NCBI GenBank assembly: GCA_035389045.1
Contig: DAOORA010000038.1
Coordinates: forward strand, 1-40,186
Reading direction: 5' to 3'
DNA length: 40,186 bases
Source: Bacteroidales bacterium
GTDB lineage: Bacteria; Bacteroidota; Bacteroidia; Bacteroidales; CAIWKO01
Positions 18,255 to 29,300 of this stretch are shown piece after piece (within the stretch, counting starts at the first letter, position 1; every line of letters begins with the position of its first letter). The position numbers and the translations under genes are program-made. Under the pieces are notes generated by a model, which was not told the DNA's origin, did no database searches, and saw only the letters and a list, made by a program, of their open reading frames with translations.

Positions 18255-19019
18255 ATGGAAAACAAACTCTCTGTGGTAATTATCACCTTCAACGAAGAAA
18301 AAAATATCGGTCGTTGTATCAGTTCTGTAAAAGATATCGCCGACGATATCGTTGTTGTGGATTCATTTTCGACCGACCGTACCGCCGAAATCTGTATAAA
18401 ATCCGGAGTTCGTTTTATTCAGTGCGAATGGAAGGGTTACAGCGAACAAAAAAATTTTGCCAACTCACTCGCTGAATTCGACTGGATATTCTCTATTGAT
18501 GCCGATGAGGCTTTATCCGATGAACTTAAAGCAAGCATTCTCCGTATTAAAAAAACATACACGTCTCCCGTTTTCCGGATATGCAGAATAACAAATTACT
18601 GCGGAAAATGGATACACCACAGTGGCTGGTACCCCGACATTAAAGTGCGTTTTTTCGACCGCAGGTTTCACCATTGGGAAGGGGCTATTCACGAAAGGAT
18701 CAATGTAACCGTTGAATCTGAAATACCTGTATTACAAGGCGATTGTTACCACTACAGCTATTATTCCCACGAAGGCCACCGCCGGCAGGCCAGGCATTTG
18801 TCTGAACTTGTCGCCCTGGACTTGTTTAATAAAAGAAAAAAAGTATGTTGGCTGAAAGTGCTATTTGCTCCTCCGTTGAAATTTTTTAAAATGTTTTTTA
18901 TTAATTTTGGATTTCTTGATGGTGCGGCAGGATTTTCCATTGCCCGTATTTCTTCAAATGCAGTCTGTATTAAATATGAAAAGCTCAGAAATTTATACAA
19001 AGCGGAAAAAAATAAATAA
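18255..19019 (+). CDS. GT2 glycosyltransferase (KdtX/WaaE-like, LPS core)
   Basis: LSVVIITFNEE, VVDSFSTDRT, SIDADE, GWYPD, GFLDG. Confidence 0.9.
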   Translation: MENKLSVVIITFNEEKNIGRCISSVKDIADDIVVVDSFSTDRTAEICIKSGVRFIQCEWKGYSEQKNFANSLAEFDWIFSIDADEALSDELKASILRIKKTYTSPVFRICRITNYCGKWIHHSGWYPDIKVRFFDRRFHHWEGAIHERINVTVESEIPVLQGDCYHYSYYSHEGHRRQARHLSELVALDLFNKRKKVCWLKVLFAPPLKFFKMFFINFGFLDGAAGFSIARISSNAVCIKYEKLRNLYKAEKNK

Positions 19020-20055
19020 ACGTAATTCACGCATCCTGATAAGCCGTACGGATAGTATAGGCGATGTGATACTTGCCCTGCCAATGGCTGGCGCTATCCG
19101 AAAAGCTATCCCCGGCGCGTATATCATGTTCCTTGGAAGAGCTTATACAAAGGAAATAATCGAAATGTGCGAAAATATTGACGAATTTGTGGATTGGGAT
19201 GTGATTAAAAACCAGGACTATTCAGCACAGGTTCAAAGTTTTAAACAATTAAATGCCGATTATATCATTCACGCTTTCCCGCAAAGACAAATCGCCCAGC
19301 TGGCAAAAAAATCAGGCATACGCAAGCGTATCGGAACCAGCGGAAGGATCTACCACCTGAAATATTGCAATAAAATAATTTTTTTTACCCGCAGAAGGTC
19401 AAAACTGCATGAAGCCCAGCTTAATCTGAAGCTGCTCAAAGCTTTCGGTATAAAAAGGCCATTTTCTCTGCCAGACATCATTAAAAACTACGGTATCACC
19501 CCGCCCAATACCCTTCCCGATCCATACAGGGAAATGATCGATAATACCCGGTTCAACCTCATCCTGCATCCCAGGTCAAAAGGCAGCGCACGCGAATGGA
19601 ATATCAGTAATTATTCCGAATTGATCAGCCTTCTGCCCAAGGATAAATTTAAGATCTTTATCTCCGGTACTCGTGATGATGATGAATTTATCCGTAACGA
19701 AATAATAAACCATCATCCTGAAGTCATCAACCTGGCCGGAAAATTATCCCTGCTCGAATTTATCAGTTTTATCGCCAATGCCGACGGACTCGTCGCTTGC
19801 AGTACCGGGCCCTTACACATTGCTGCCGCATTGGGAAAGTTTGCCATCGGCATTTTCGCTCCCATAAAACCCATGCACCCCGGACGCTGGGCGCCGGTTG
19901 GTGCTAACGCCATACATCTTGTCCTCAACAAAAAATGTAATAAATGCAGAATCAACAAGAATTGTGAATGTATCCAAAGCATCACCCCCGAAATGGTAAA
20001 AAACAAATTGATGGAACTCTTCAAACCTGATGGGGCCTTTGTTGATATTATCTGA
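18976..20055 (+). CDS. GT9 (heptosyltransferase-like) glycosyltransferase
   Basis: RTDSIGDVIL, HP.SKGSAREW, STGPLHIAAALG; start uncertain, ATG 18976 overlaps upstream gene. Confidence 0.88.
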   Translation: MKSSEIYTKRKKINKRNSRILISRTDSIGDVILALPMAGAIRKAIPGAYIMFLGRAYTKEIIEMCENIDEFVDWDVIKNQDYSAQVQSFKQLNADYIIHAFPQRQIAQLAKKSGIRKRIGTSGRIYHLKYCNKIIFFTRRRSKLHEAQLNLKLLKAFGIKRPFSLPDIIKNYGITPPNTLPDPYREMIDNTRFNLILHPRSKGSAREWNISNYSELISLLPKDKFKIFISGTRDDDEFIRNEIINHHPEVINLAGKLSLLEFISFIANADGLVACSTGPLHIAAALGKFAIGIFAPIKPMHPGRWAPVGANAIHLVLNKKCNKCRINKNCECIQSITPEMVKNKLMELFKPDGAFVDII

Positions 20056-20121
20056 AAAACTTTTTCGTTCCGTCACCTAAAAATTTTTAATATTGCCTGC
20101 AATTTGCTTAGTGCGTTTGTT

Positions 20122-20910
20122 ATGTTCAAAAAAATTTGTTTTGGTATTTGCTTGCTGGTGTTCGGCGCCGGACTTGTTTGGGCCGACGAAATTACCCTTA
20201 AAGGAAATTATTACGGGTATAACCTTTACGTTATAAATCCAAGCGTTGGTGAGGGATTTTGTGTTACCGCCGTAATGGTAAATGATAAACCCAGCATGGA
20301 CGAAATCAGTTCTAATGCTTTTGAAATCGATTTTTCACTGATGAAATTAAATATCGGCGATCCGGTTACCGTGGTTATAAAACATAAAAGCAACTGTAAA
20401 CCGGAAATAGTTAATCCCAGGGCGTTGCTGCCTTCCGAAAACGCCGCCGTCATTTCCCCGAAAGTAGATAAATCAGGCACTAAAATTACCTGGAGCATGA
20501 AAGGTGACTTATTGGACGAACCCATCATCATTGAACAATTCCGCTGGAATAAGTGGATAAAAATCGGCGAACTGTCTTCTGCAGATTCTGCGAAAAATAA
20601 TATCTATTCTTTTGACATCATTCCCCACACCGGCATCAATCAATTCCGTATTGTTTTCAATGATGCCAACGAAAATCCCGTATATTCAAAAAACATAAAA
20701 TTTACCTCACGGAATCCTGAAATCATACTGGAATCCACTAAAGTGGCTGATAAACTCATGTTCTCTGCCGATACCCAATACGAAATTTTTGACCTGAAAG
20801 GCAATTTTATTTCTGAAGGCTTCGGGAAAGAAGCGGAGGTTACCGATCTCGAAAAAGGCAAATACTGGCTTAATTATGATAACAAGTCAGTCAGTTTTAC
20901 AAAGAAGTAA
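20122..20910 (+). CDS. Secreted hypothetical protein with possible T9SS C-terminal domain
   Basis: Signal peptide; C-terminal YEIFDLKG...VTDLEKGKYWL...FTKK. Confidence 0.6.
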   Translation: MFKKICFGICLLVFGAGLVWADEITLKGNYYGYNLYVINPSVGEGFCVTAVMVNDKPSMDEISSNAFEIDFSLMKLNIGDPVTVVIKHKSNCKPEIVNPRALLPSENAAVISPKVDKSGTKITWSMKGDLLDEPIIIEQFRWNKWIKIGELSSADSAKNNIYSFDIIPHTGINQFRIVFNDANENPVYSKNIKFTSRNPEIILESTKVADKLMFSADTQYEIFDLKGNFISEGFGKEAEVTDLEKGKYWLNYDNKSVSFTKK

Positions 20911-20984
20911 ATTTTCCTTTTGTACTAAAATATTTAAGGGCTGAGGATTGTTGTATCTTTGCCCGGTATTTCAACTTTATTATC

Positions 20985-22511
20985 ATGGATTCCAAAAAAC
21001 TCTTACTGATCATAATGGATGGCTGGGGCGAAGGTGCCCACAATCCATCAAACGCCATATTTTCCGCTGATACTCCATTTATTAAAAGTTTGTACAACAA
21101 CCCGGATGTCGCTTACGCCCAACTCGACGCTTCAGGACTCGCTGTCGGATTACCCGAAGGACAAATGGGGAATTCGGAAGTCGGACATCTGAATTTCGGT
21201 GCAGGAAGAATAGTGTACCAGGACCTCGTGAGGATCTCCAAAGCAGTTGAAGATAACAGTATTTCTCAAAACCAGTTTCTTTGCGATGCCTACCAATACG
21301 CTAAGGATAATAATAAAGCCATACATTTTATCGGACTGATCTCCGACGGCGGCGTTCATTCACTGCAATCACACCTGTATAAACTATGTGATATGGCACA
21401 GGATTATGGCCTTGAAAAAGTTTTTATCCATGCCATTACCGACGGAAGGGACACGGACCCCCGCAGTGGATTTGGATATCTAACAGAACTACAGGAACAT
21501 CTGAATCACTCCACCGGCAAAATCGCTTCACTTGTCGGCCGCTACTATACGATGGACCGTGATAAACGCTGGGAACGGGTTAAGGCCGGCTATGATCTGA
21601 TGGTACATGGTATAGGCAAAAAATCAGATAATGTGCTGCACGCTATTCAGGAATCATATGATGACGAAATAACGGATGAATTTGTTAAACCGGTTATCAT
21701 TACCGGCAAAGACGGCAAACCGCTGGCGACGATACAACAGGATGATGTGGTGATCTGCTTCAATTTCCGCACCGACAGGCTCCGTGAGATCACTACCGTG
21801 CTCACCCAGAAAGATATGTCCGAAGCAGGAATGAAAACCATCCCCCTGTATTACCTCACCATGACTCGTTATGACGAATCGTTCCGCAACATCAGGATAA
21901 TTTTTGCTAACGAAGATCTGAAAAATTCTTTAGGCGAAATCCTGAGTGTGAATGAAAAAAAACAGCTTCGTATCGCCGAAACAGAGAAATACCCGCATGT
22001 TACTTTTTTCTTTTCCGGAGGCCGCGAAACACCCTTCTATGGCGAAGACCGCATCATGATCCCATCTCCCAAAGTAGCCACTTACGACCTGCAACCGCAG
22101 ATGAGCGCCCCGGAAGTGACAGAAAAAGTGATGGAGGCTATAAACAAAAATTATTACGATTTTATTTGTCTCAATTTCGCAAATTCCGACATGGTAGGAC
22201 ATACCGGCGTTTACAGCGCTATTTTATCTGCGCTCAACACAGTGGATACCTGTGTGGAAAAGGTTATCACTACAGCCTTAAAAATGAATTATTCTGTTAT
22301 ACTGACCGCGGATCATGGAAATTCCGATATGGCGCTAAACCCTGATGGAACACCCAATACGGCCCACACATGCAATCCTGTGCCTTGCTTTTTGTTTGAT
22401 CCAGACTACAAAACACTGCATAATGGAAAATTAGCCGATATCGCCCCTACTATTCTGAAACTATTAGACTTACCCCAACCTGTTGTTATGTCCGGAAACA
22501 TCCTTATTTGA
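20985..22511 (+). CDS. gpmI: 2,3-bisphosphoglycerate-independent phosphoglycerate mutase
   Basis: IMDGWG, GQMGNSEVGH, DGRDT, AETEKYPHVT, DMVGHTG, TADHGN; TATCTTTG at 20954-61. Confidence 0.97.
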   Translation: MDSKKLLLIIMDGWGEGAHNPSNAIFSADTPFIKSLYNNPDVAYAQLDASGLAVGLPEGQMGNSEVGHLNFGAGRIVYQDLVRISKAVEDNSISQNQFLCDAYQYAKDNNKAIHFIGLISDGGVHSLQSHLYKLCDMAQDYGLEKVFIHAITDGRDTDPRSGFGYLTELQEHLNHSTGKIASLVGRYYTMDRDKRWERVKAGYDLMVHGIGKKSDNVLHAIQESYDDEITDEFVKPVIITGKDGKPLATIQQDDVVICFNFRTDRLREITTVLTQKDMSEAGMKTIPLYYLTMTRYDESFRNIRIIFANEDLKNSLGEILSVNEKKQLRIAETEKYPHVTFFFSGGRETPFYGEDRIMIPSPKVATYDLQPQMSAPEVTEKVMEAINKNYYDFICLNFANSDMVGHTGVYSAILSALNTVDTCVEKVITTALKMNYSVILTADHGNSDMALNPDGTPNTAHTCNPVPCFLFDPDYKTLHNGKLADIAPTILKLLDLPQPVVMSGNILI

Positions 22512-22777
22512 GTATGAGCAAAAGCTCAGAATTTTTCCCAATTAAATCATTATCAGGGATTTTCATCCGATACCGGCAATAACCAAAACGCAGCAAAAGC
22601 AGAATATAGTATGATGAATAGAGTGTCTTGAATGGCATACCTGTGATATCAAATAAACTCCATTTGAAAATTTTTGCATTCTTTTACCGTTCCTGTTTTT
22701 TTTTCCGAAAGATTTCTTTAAATAAAATAATTTTTTTACCTTTACATCAATTATTTTTAATCATTCATCCATCTTTT

Positions 22778-25700
22778 ATGAAAAACAAAATATTTTTTTG
22801 CAATTTTATTATGATTGCACTATTGGTGCTATTGTCAAACGCACTGTTTTCAAATACCCCTGAAAAACCTGAAACATCAATCCGGATAAAAGAAAACACC
22901 TATGAAAAACTCGTCCTGGTAAATTCACTTTCAATTCAGGATATTAAAGCCCTTAAAGTAAACACCTCTGCGGGTTTTTTCTCTGAGCTGATCATCCCGG
23001 AATACGGAAGTTCCAACCATATTGGCGACCCCAAACTGCCTGTCATGAAACGTCTTATTGAAATTCCGGTGGGGGCTGCGGTAAAGATCAATATTAAAAA
23101 CTCATCATATACGGATATCAAACTGAACAATCTGGGTGCTTTGTATGCGGTAATGCCCGCCCAACCCTCTCTTTCCAAAAGCGATGACCCGAAAAATATT
23201 GAATTCAGATACAACAAGTCCACCTATAAAACAAATTCATTACTTCAGCACGACCTGGTAACCTTTGATTTTATCGGCAATATGCGGGGCACAAACATCG
23301 GGCGCCTCGATATCGCTCCCGTTTTGTACAATCCGGTAAAAAACACCCTGCGGGTTTATACCTCTCTTGAAGTGGAGATCCTGTTCGAAAATGCCGATAT
23401 CACAGCGACAATCCAACAGAAAGAAATCTATTACTCACCCTATTTTGAACCCTCTTTTGGAAAAATCTTCAACTACAAAACCCTGAACAATAAATCCAAC
23501 CTTACCTCTTACCCCGTTAAATATGTCATTGTTGCAGACACCATGTTTTACAATGCCTTACAGCCCTTTGTACAGTGGAAAACAAAAAAAGGTTTCACGG
23601 TCATTCAGGCTTATACCAATAATCCGGCTGTTGGAAATACCACCACTTCCATAAAATCATATCTGTTAAATCTTTACAATACAGGAACTATAAACAATCC
23701 TGCACCTTCATTCGTGTTATTCGTGGGCGATATTGCCCAGGTCCCTGCATTTAGCGGCACCGAAGGTTCACATGTCACCGACCTCTATTATTGTGAGTAT
23801 ACCGGCGACTTCCTGCCCGAAGCTTATTACGGAAGGTTTTCTGCCACCAACATCGCTGAATTACAGCCGCAAATAGATAAAACACTTGAATACGAACAGT
23901 TTCTGATGCCAACATCCGCTTTCCTCGACTCCTGTGTGATGATTGCCGGACAAGACAATACGTATGGCCCTACACACGGCGATGCCCAGATCAATTATGG
24001 TACCGACACTTATTTCAACGCCGCCCACGGTTTATACTCAAATACATACCTGTATGCCGTTTCCGGAAGCAGCGCAGCCCAGATAATACAAAATGTCAGC
24101 AATGGGGTCTGTATGGCCAATTATACGGCTCATGGCGGTTCTAACGGATGGTCCGACCCTTCGTTCAGCACCAGCGATATCAATATATTGAAAAATGAGC
24201 ACAAATATCCTTTGATGATTGGAAATTGCTGCCTTACCCTCACCTTTGACGATCCCTGTTGCTTTGGCGAAGCTTTGCTCAGGGCAGACCGCAAAGGAGC
24301 TTTGGGCTACATCGGTGGCTCAAACAGTACATACTGGGACGAGGACTTTTACTGGGCTGTCGGATATCGTAATTTTGGTTCCGGCAACCCGCCTCAGCAC
24401 CCGGTGTACGACGCTACCCGGCCAGGCGCCTACGACGCCACATTTCATGATCATAGCGAACCTTTTGGCAACTGGTACGTTACCCAGGGACAGATGGTGT
24501 CTGCCGGAAACCTGGCCGTCACGCAGTCCGGAAACTCAAGCTTTTCTTATTACTGGGAAGTATACCATTTGATGGGTGACCCGTCACTTATGGTTTACTA
24601 TTCGGATCCTCCGCCCATGACCGTATCATACAGCGCACTGATGCCGCTGGCCGTTGCCTCCTTTGATATTACCACCAATGCCCCTTATGCGTATGCGGCT
24701 ATTTCAAAAGGCGGGGTATTATATGGCGCCGCACTGGCGGATTCTCTGGGAAATATCAGTGTAAATCTGAACCCGATCAGCGTGCCCGGTGTGGCCGATA
24801 TCGTTGTCACATGCCAGAACAAAAGACCTTATATCGGAACCGTCGTGGTGGCTTCACCTACAGGTCCCTATGTCTTATACACTAAAAATCATGTCAATAC
24901 CAGCGGCAATGGTGACACACTGGTGGATTACAACGAAAATGTTGTGCTGGATGTTACCCTGAAAAACTATGGAGCCGCTAATGCCGGTAATGTAATTGCT
25001 ACTATCTCGTCTTCCGATCCCTACATCAACATCACCGACAATACACAAAACTGGGGAACAATATCCTCAAATAATTCTTCTACACAAACCGCTGCTTATG
25101 CTTTTACAACAACGGGGTTTGTTCCCGACCAGCATATTGCGGCAATTAATATGGCCATACAGGACAACAACAGCAACACATGGAGTTCTGCTTTTAACAT
25201 AAAAATCAGCGCCCCGGAACTTAGTATCGGCAATTTCTCCATTAATGACTCCCTGGGAAATCATAACCACATGTTCGACCCGTCGGAAAATGCTCAAATA
25301 CTGATCGGCTCTTCCAATACCGGACATAGCAATGCCACTGCCACAACAGGAACACTCACAACAAACAGCCCTTATATTACAATCACTAATAATACTTTTA
25401 ATTTCAACACACTCCATAAAGCAACTACAGCCAACGCTGTATTCGATATTTCCGTGTCTTCTACCCTTCCGGACACGGCCATTATCGAATTCATTTACAC
25501 CTTACAATCCGGGGCTTACAGCAAAGTCAGCTATTTTTATGTCAATGTCGGCCAGGCCATGGAAGATTTTGAAACAGGTGACTTTTCGCGGTTCGATTGG
25601 CAGCAGGGTGGTAATGTACCCTGGATCATCACCAATGTGGCGCCCTATGAAGGTCTCTACAGTGCAAAATCAGGCATCATAAACGATGACCAGACCTCCG

Positions 25701-26296
25701 AACTTTCTGTGTCTATGAATGTGACAACGGCAGACACCATTTCATTCTGGAAAAAAGTCTCCTGCGAAGAAGGATCATTTTGGGGCGGAAGTATTTACCA
25801 CTGGTACGACTATCTGGAATTTTTAATCGATGATGTCTCACAGGACAAATGGGATGGCGACAACGCATCCTTCACCCGGGGTGCATATCATGTAGGCACA
25901 GGCAACCATACTTTCAAATGGGTATATAGTAAAGATTATTCCTATAGTGGTTTCAGCGACTGCGCCTGGCTTGACTATATCATCTTCCCGCCTTCCATCA
26001 AGGTTATCAACTCGGTGGATGAAAACATAATAGAAAATGCTATATTAAATTGTTATCCCAACCCGGTTTCGTCCTTCGCCACTATAAACTTTTCACTCTC
26101 CAGAGCATCCGGCGTCAGCTTAAAATTGTATGATATGAACGGCCGCCTGGTCGATGATATCTTAAACAACAGTTATAAACATGAAGGCACTTACAATATG
26201 CTGATCAACATGGGTAAATTCACGCCGGGCGTCTATCACCTTGAACTTATTAATGATAATAATAAATTTTCGAAAAAGATAGTAGTAATTAATTAA
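22778..26296 (+). CDS. C25 cysteine peptidase, Lys-gingipain (Kgp)-like, T9SS cargo
   Basis: Propeptide QPSLSKSDDP; NYTAHG and GNCC catalytic motifs; TYWDEDFYWAVG; YYWEVYHLMGD; CTD (YPNP...GVY...KIVVIN); start set at ATG 22778. Confidence 0.9.
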   Translation: MKNKIFFCNFIMIALLVLLSNALFSNTPEKPETSIRIKENTYEKLVLVNSLSIQDIKALKVNTSAGFFSELIIPEYGSSNHIGDPKLPVMKRLIEIPVGAAVKINIKNSSYTDIKLNNLGALYAVMPAQPSLSKSDDPKNIEFRYNKSTYKTNSLLQHDLVTFDFIGNMRGTNIGRLDIAPVLYNPVKNTLRVYTSLEVEILFENADITATIQQKEIYYSPYFEPSFGKIFNYKTLNNKSNLTSYPVKYVIVADTMFYNALQPFVQWKTKKGFTVIQAYTNNPAVGNTTTSIKSYLLNLYNTGTINNPAPSFVLFVGDIAQVPAFSGTEGSHVTDLYYCEYTGDFLPEAYYGRFSATNIAELQPQIDKTLEYEQFLMPTSAFLDSCVMIAGQDNTYGPTHGDAQINYGTDTYFNAAHGLYSNTYLYAVSGSSAAQIIQNVSNGVCMANYTAHGGSNGWSDPSFSTSDINILKNEHKYPLMIGNCCLTLTFDDPCCFGEALLRADRKGALGYIGGSNSTYWDEDFYWAVGYRNFGSGNPPQHPVYDATRPGAYDATFHDHSEPFGNWYVTQGQMVSAGNLAVTQSGNSSFSYYWEVYHLMGDPSLMVYYSDPPPMTVSYSALMPLAVASFDITTNAPYAYAAISKGGVLYGAALADSLGNISVNLNPISVPGVADIVVTCQNKRPYIGTVVVASPTGPYVLYTKNHVNTSGNGDTLVDYNENVVLDVTLKNYGAANAGNVIATISSSDPYINITDNTQNWGTISSNNSSTQTAAYAFTTTGFVPDQHIAAINMAIQDNNSNTWSSAFNIKISAPELSIGNFSINDSLGNHNHMFDPSENAQILIGSSNTGHSNATATTGTLTTNSPYITITNNTFNFNTLHKATTANAVFDISVSSTLPDTAIIEFIYTLQSGAYSKVSYFYVNVGQAMEDFETGDFSRFDWQQGGNVPWIITNVAPYEGLYSAKSGIINDDQTSELSVSMNVTTADTISFWKKVSCEEGSFWGGSIYHWYDYLEFLIDDVSQDKWDGDNASFTRGAYHVGTGNHTFKWVYSKDYSYSGFSDCAWLDYIIFPPSIKVINSVDENIIENAILNCYPNPVSSFATINFSLSRASGVSLKLYDMNGRLVDDILNNSYKHEGTYNMLINMGKFTPGVYHLELINDNNKFSKKIVVIN

Positions 26297-26303
26297 AATT
26301 ACC

Positions 26304-29300
26304 ATGAAAAAACTATTTGCTTTATGGATTCTGATCCATTTGTGCAGCTATTCGTTTGCACAAAACTGGGTCAATATTAATTCTGCCACCCCGGTAGCGG
26401 CAAAAGTTTCACTCACTTCGGCAGACATCGTCAATTCATCCTTCAATGTTGACATTAAAGGATATTTTAGCCATGATATCACCACCCCTCATGGCCAGAA
26501 AACAATATTAAGTTTGGATAATACAACGCCGATTCTCGAAGCCGGAGCCCCCGACCTGCCTAAGGTTACAACATCGCTTATCATCCCAGACGATAGCAAT
26601 ATGGAGGTTGAGGTTACTTACTCAAACTATACAGAATATCAGAATATTCATATCGCTCCATCAAAAGGAAACCTTACACGGGATATCAATCCGGCAACGA
26701 TTCCATATACTTACGGCCCTGTTTACAGCCAGAATCAGTTCTTTCCCGGAACACTCGCCGCCCTGAAAGAACCTTATATCTTAAGAGATTTCAGAGGACA
26801 GACCGTGATTATATATCCCTTTCAATACAATCCGGTAACCAAAACCCTTCGCGTTTACCACAACATTGGCGTAAGTTTGCACACAGCACCGGGCACAGCA
26901 ATTAATCCTTTTATCCGCACCCAGCCCCTTTCAAAAATTGAAAAAGAATTCAGCAGTATTTACAACAGTCATTTTCTGAATTACCACAACAATCATAAAT
27001 ATACGCCTCTGGATGAACACGGCAACATGCTGATCATTTGTGCTGATGCCTATATGAATGCCATGCAACCCTTTGTTGACTGGAAAAACGATGAGGGTAT
27101 CCCTACTGTGATGGTAAGTAAAACTACGGCAGGCGCAACGGCCTCAGCAATAAAGACTTATGTCACCAATTATTACAATGCCAACGGGCTGACATTTTTA
27201 TTGCTGGTAGGCGACGCAGCCCAGGTTCCCACATTCACCGTTTCCGGCGGCGGCTCTGACCCCTCCTATGGTTATATCTCTGGCAACGATCACTACCAGG
27301 AATTTTTTGTAGGCCGTTTTTCGGCTGAAACCATAGAACACGTAACCACACAGGTCAACAGGACGGTCAGGTATGAAAAAACGCCATCCGTAACCCCGGG
27401 AAAATTTAACCATGCTGTCAATATAGGTTCGGATCAGAGACCCGGTGATGACAACGAATACGACTATCAGCATCAGCGAAACCTGGGTGCCTTGATGATG
27501 GGATTTACCTATACCAGCCGGGCAGAATTATTTGACGGCAGCCAGAGTGGACTTGATGCCAGCGGCGATCCCTCTGCGGCTATGCTTTCTACCGAAGTAA
27601 ACAACGGGGCAGGCATCATTACTTACACCGGACACGGTTCCAATACAGCCTTTTCCACAACAGGCTTTTCTAATACAAATGTCAACGCATTAACCAATAC
27701 AACGCTCTGGCCTTTTATATGGTCGGTAGCCTGTGTAAATGGAAATTTTGTTAGCACAACCTGCCTGGCAGAAGCATGGCTCAGGGCAACCAGCGGTGGT
27801 CAACCCTCTGGAGCCATCGCCACACTGATGTCAACCATCAATCAAAGCTGGGACCCGCCAATGGAAGGACAGGATGAAATGGTGGACATCCTCACCGAAA
27901 ATGCAGGCACAAATATTAAACGCACATTTGGCGGCCTCTCGGTAAATGGTATTTTTAAAATGAATGACACCTATTCCGATTACAACATGACCGATACCTG
28001 GACGATCTTTGGCGATCCTTCTTTAATGGTCAGGACCGACGACCCCAAATCCATGACCGTTAGCCACACCTCTTCAGTACTGATCGGAGAAACCAGCCTG
28101 CTGGTAAACTGTAATGTCAATAATGCCTTTGTATGCCTTACCGTAAACCATCAGATTATCGGCACAGGTACTATTAACGGAGGATCTGCAAATATTACTT
28201 TCCCTTCATTAGCCTCTTCCGACAGCATTTTGGTTACGGTTACTGCATTCAATTATATTCCTTACCAGGGAAAAGTAGCCGTAATTGAACAACTCCTGAC
28301 CAATAATGCTCAGGCTTACAGTATTATGAGCCCTGCACAAAACTATAACTGCACCGGTTTGACCGCTCAGCCCCGCATGGTAATCCGAAACATGGGCGCC
28401 AACAATCTCACATCCTTAAATACTACCTTTATTTTCGATGGCTCACCATCTTATGTCACCTGGTCAGGAAACCTGCCCAGCTTCGGCACAGACACTATTA
28501 CTTTTCCCGGTATTACACTCAGTTCCGGTTTACATAATATTATTGCATATATATCACAACCTAATGGCAATGCCGATGTATATACATCCAATGACACCCT
28601 TAAAAAAACCGTAACGGTGAATAATCTGCCTGTTACAAGTTCTTTTGTTGCAGATAAAGTCAATTCCTGTACCGCTCCTCTGACGGTTCAATTTACCAAC
28701 AACAGCGCCAATGCTGTTTCGTACCTTTGGAACTTTGGCGACGGAACTACCAGCACCGACCCCAATCCAACACATCAGTATACCACGCTGGGGGTGTATG
28801 ATGTAACACTCACTGCCGATGCCGGAGAATGTGGAAGCGCGGTAAATACTGAAACAGAATACATTGTTCTCGGGGCAATCCCTCCGGTACTCAGTGATAC
28901 ATCCTCATGCGGGCCAGGCAGTTTTGTACTGACTGCCGGCGGAACCGGAATAAAAAACTGGTATGATGCTGCCAGCGGAGGAACACTGCTTTATACGGGA
29001 AACACATACTCAACGCCGGTGCTGAACACAACTACCACATATTATGTGGAACAAACCATGCTGCCCCCTCTGGAATACGGAGGAAAATTTGATACTACCG
29101 GCGGTTCATCTTTACATACCAATAACAGTTATTGGCTGGTGTTCAATTGTACTGCCCCGGTTACCCTTAAATCCGTCAAAGTATATGCAGGAGCAGCCGG
29201 AAACCGTATCATACAGCTTAGGAATAGTGCCGGTACCATACTACAGGCTGACACCATTAACGTACCAGCCGGTGAAAGCAGAATAACCCTCAATTTTAAC

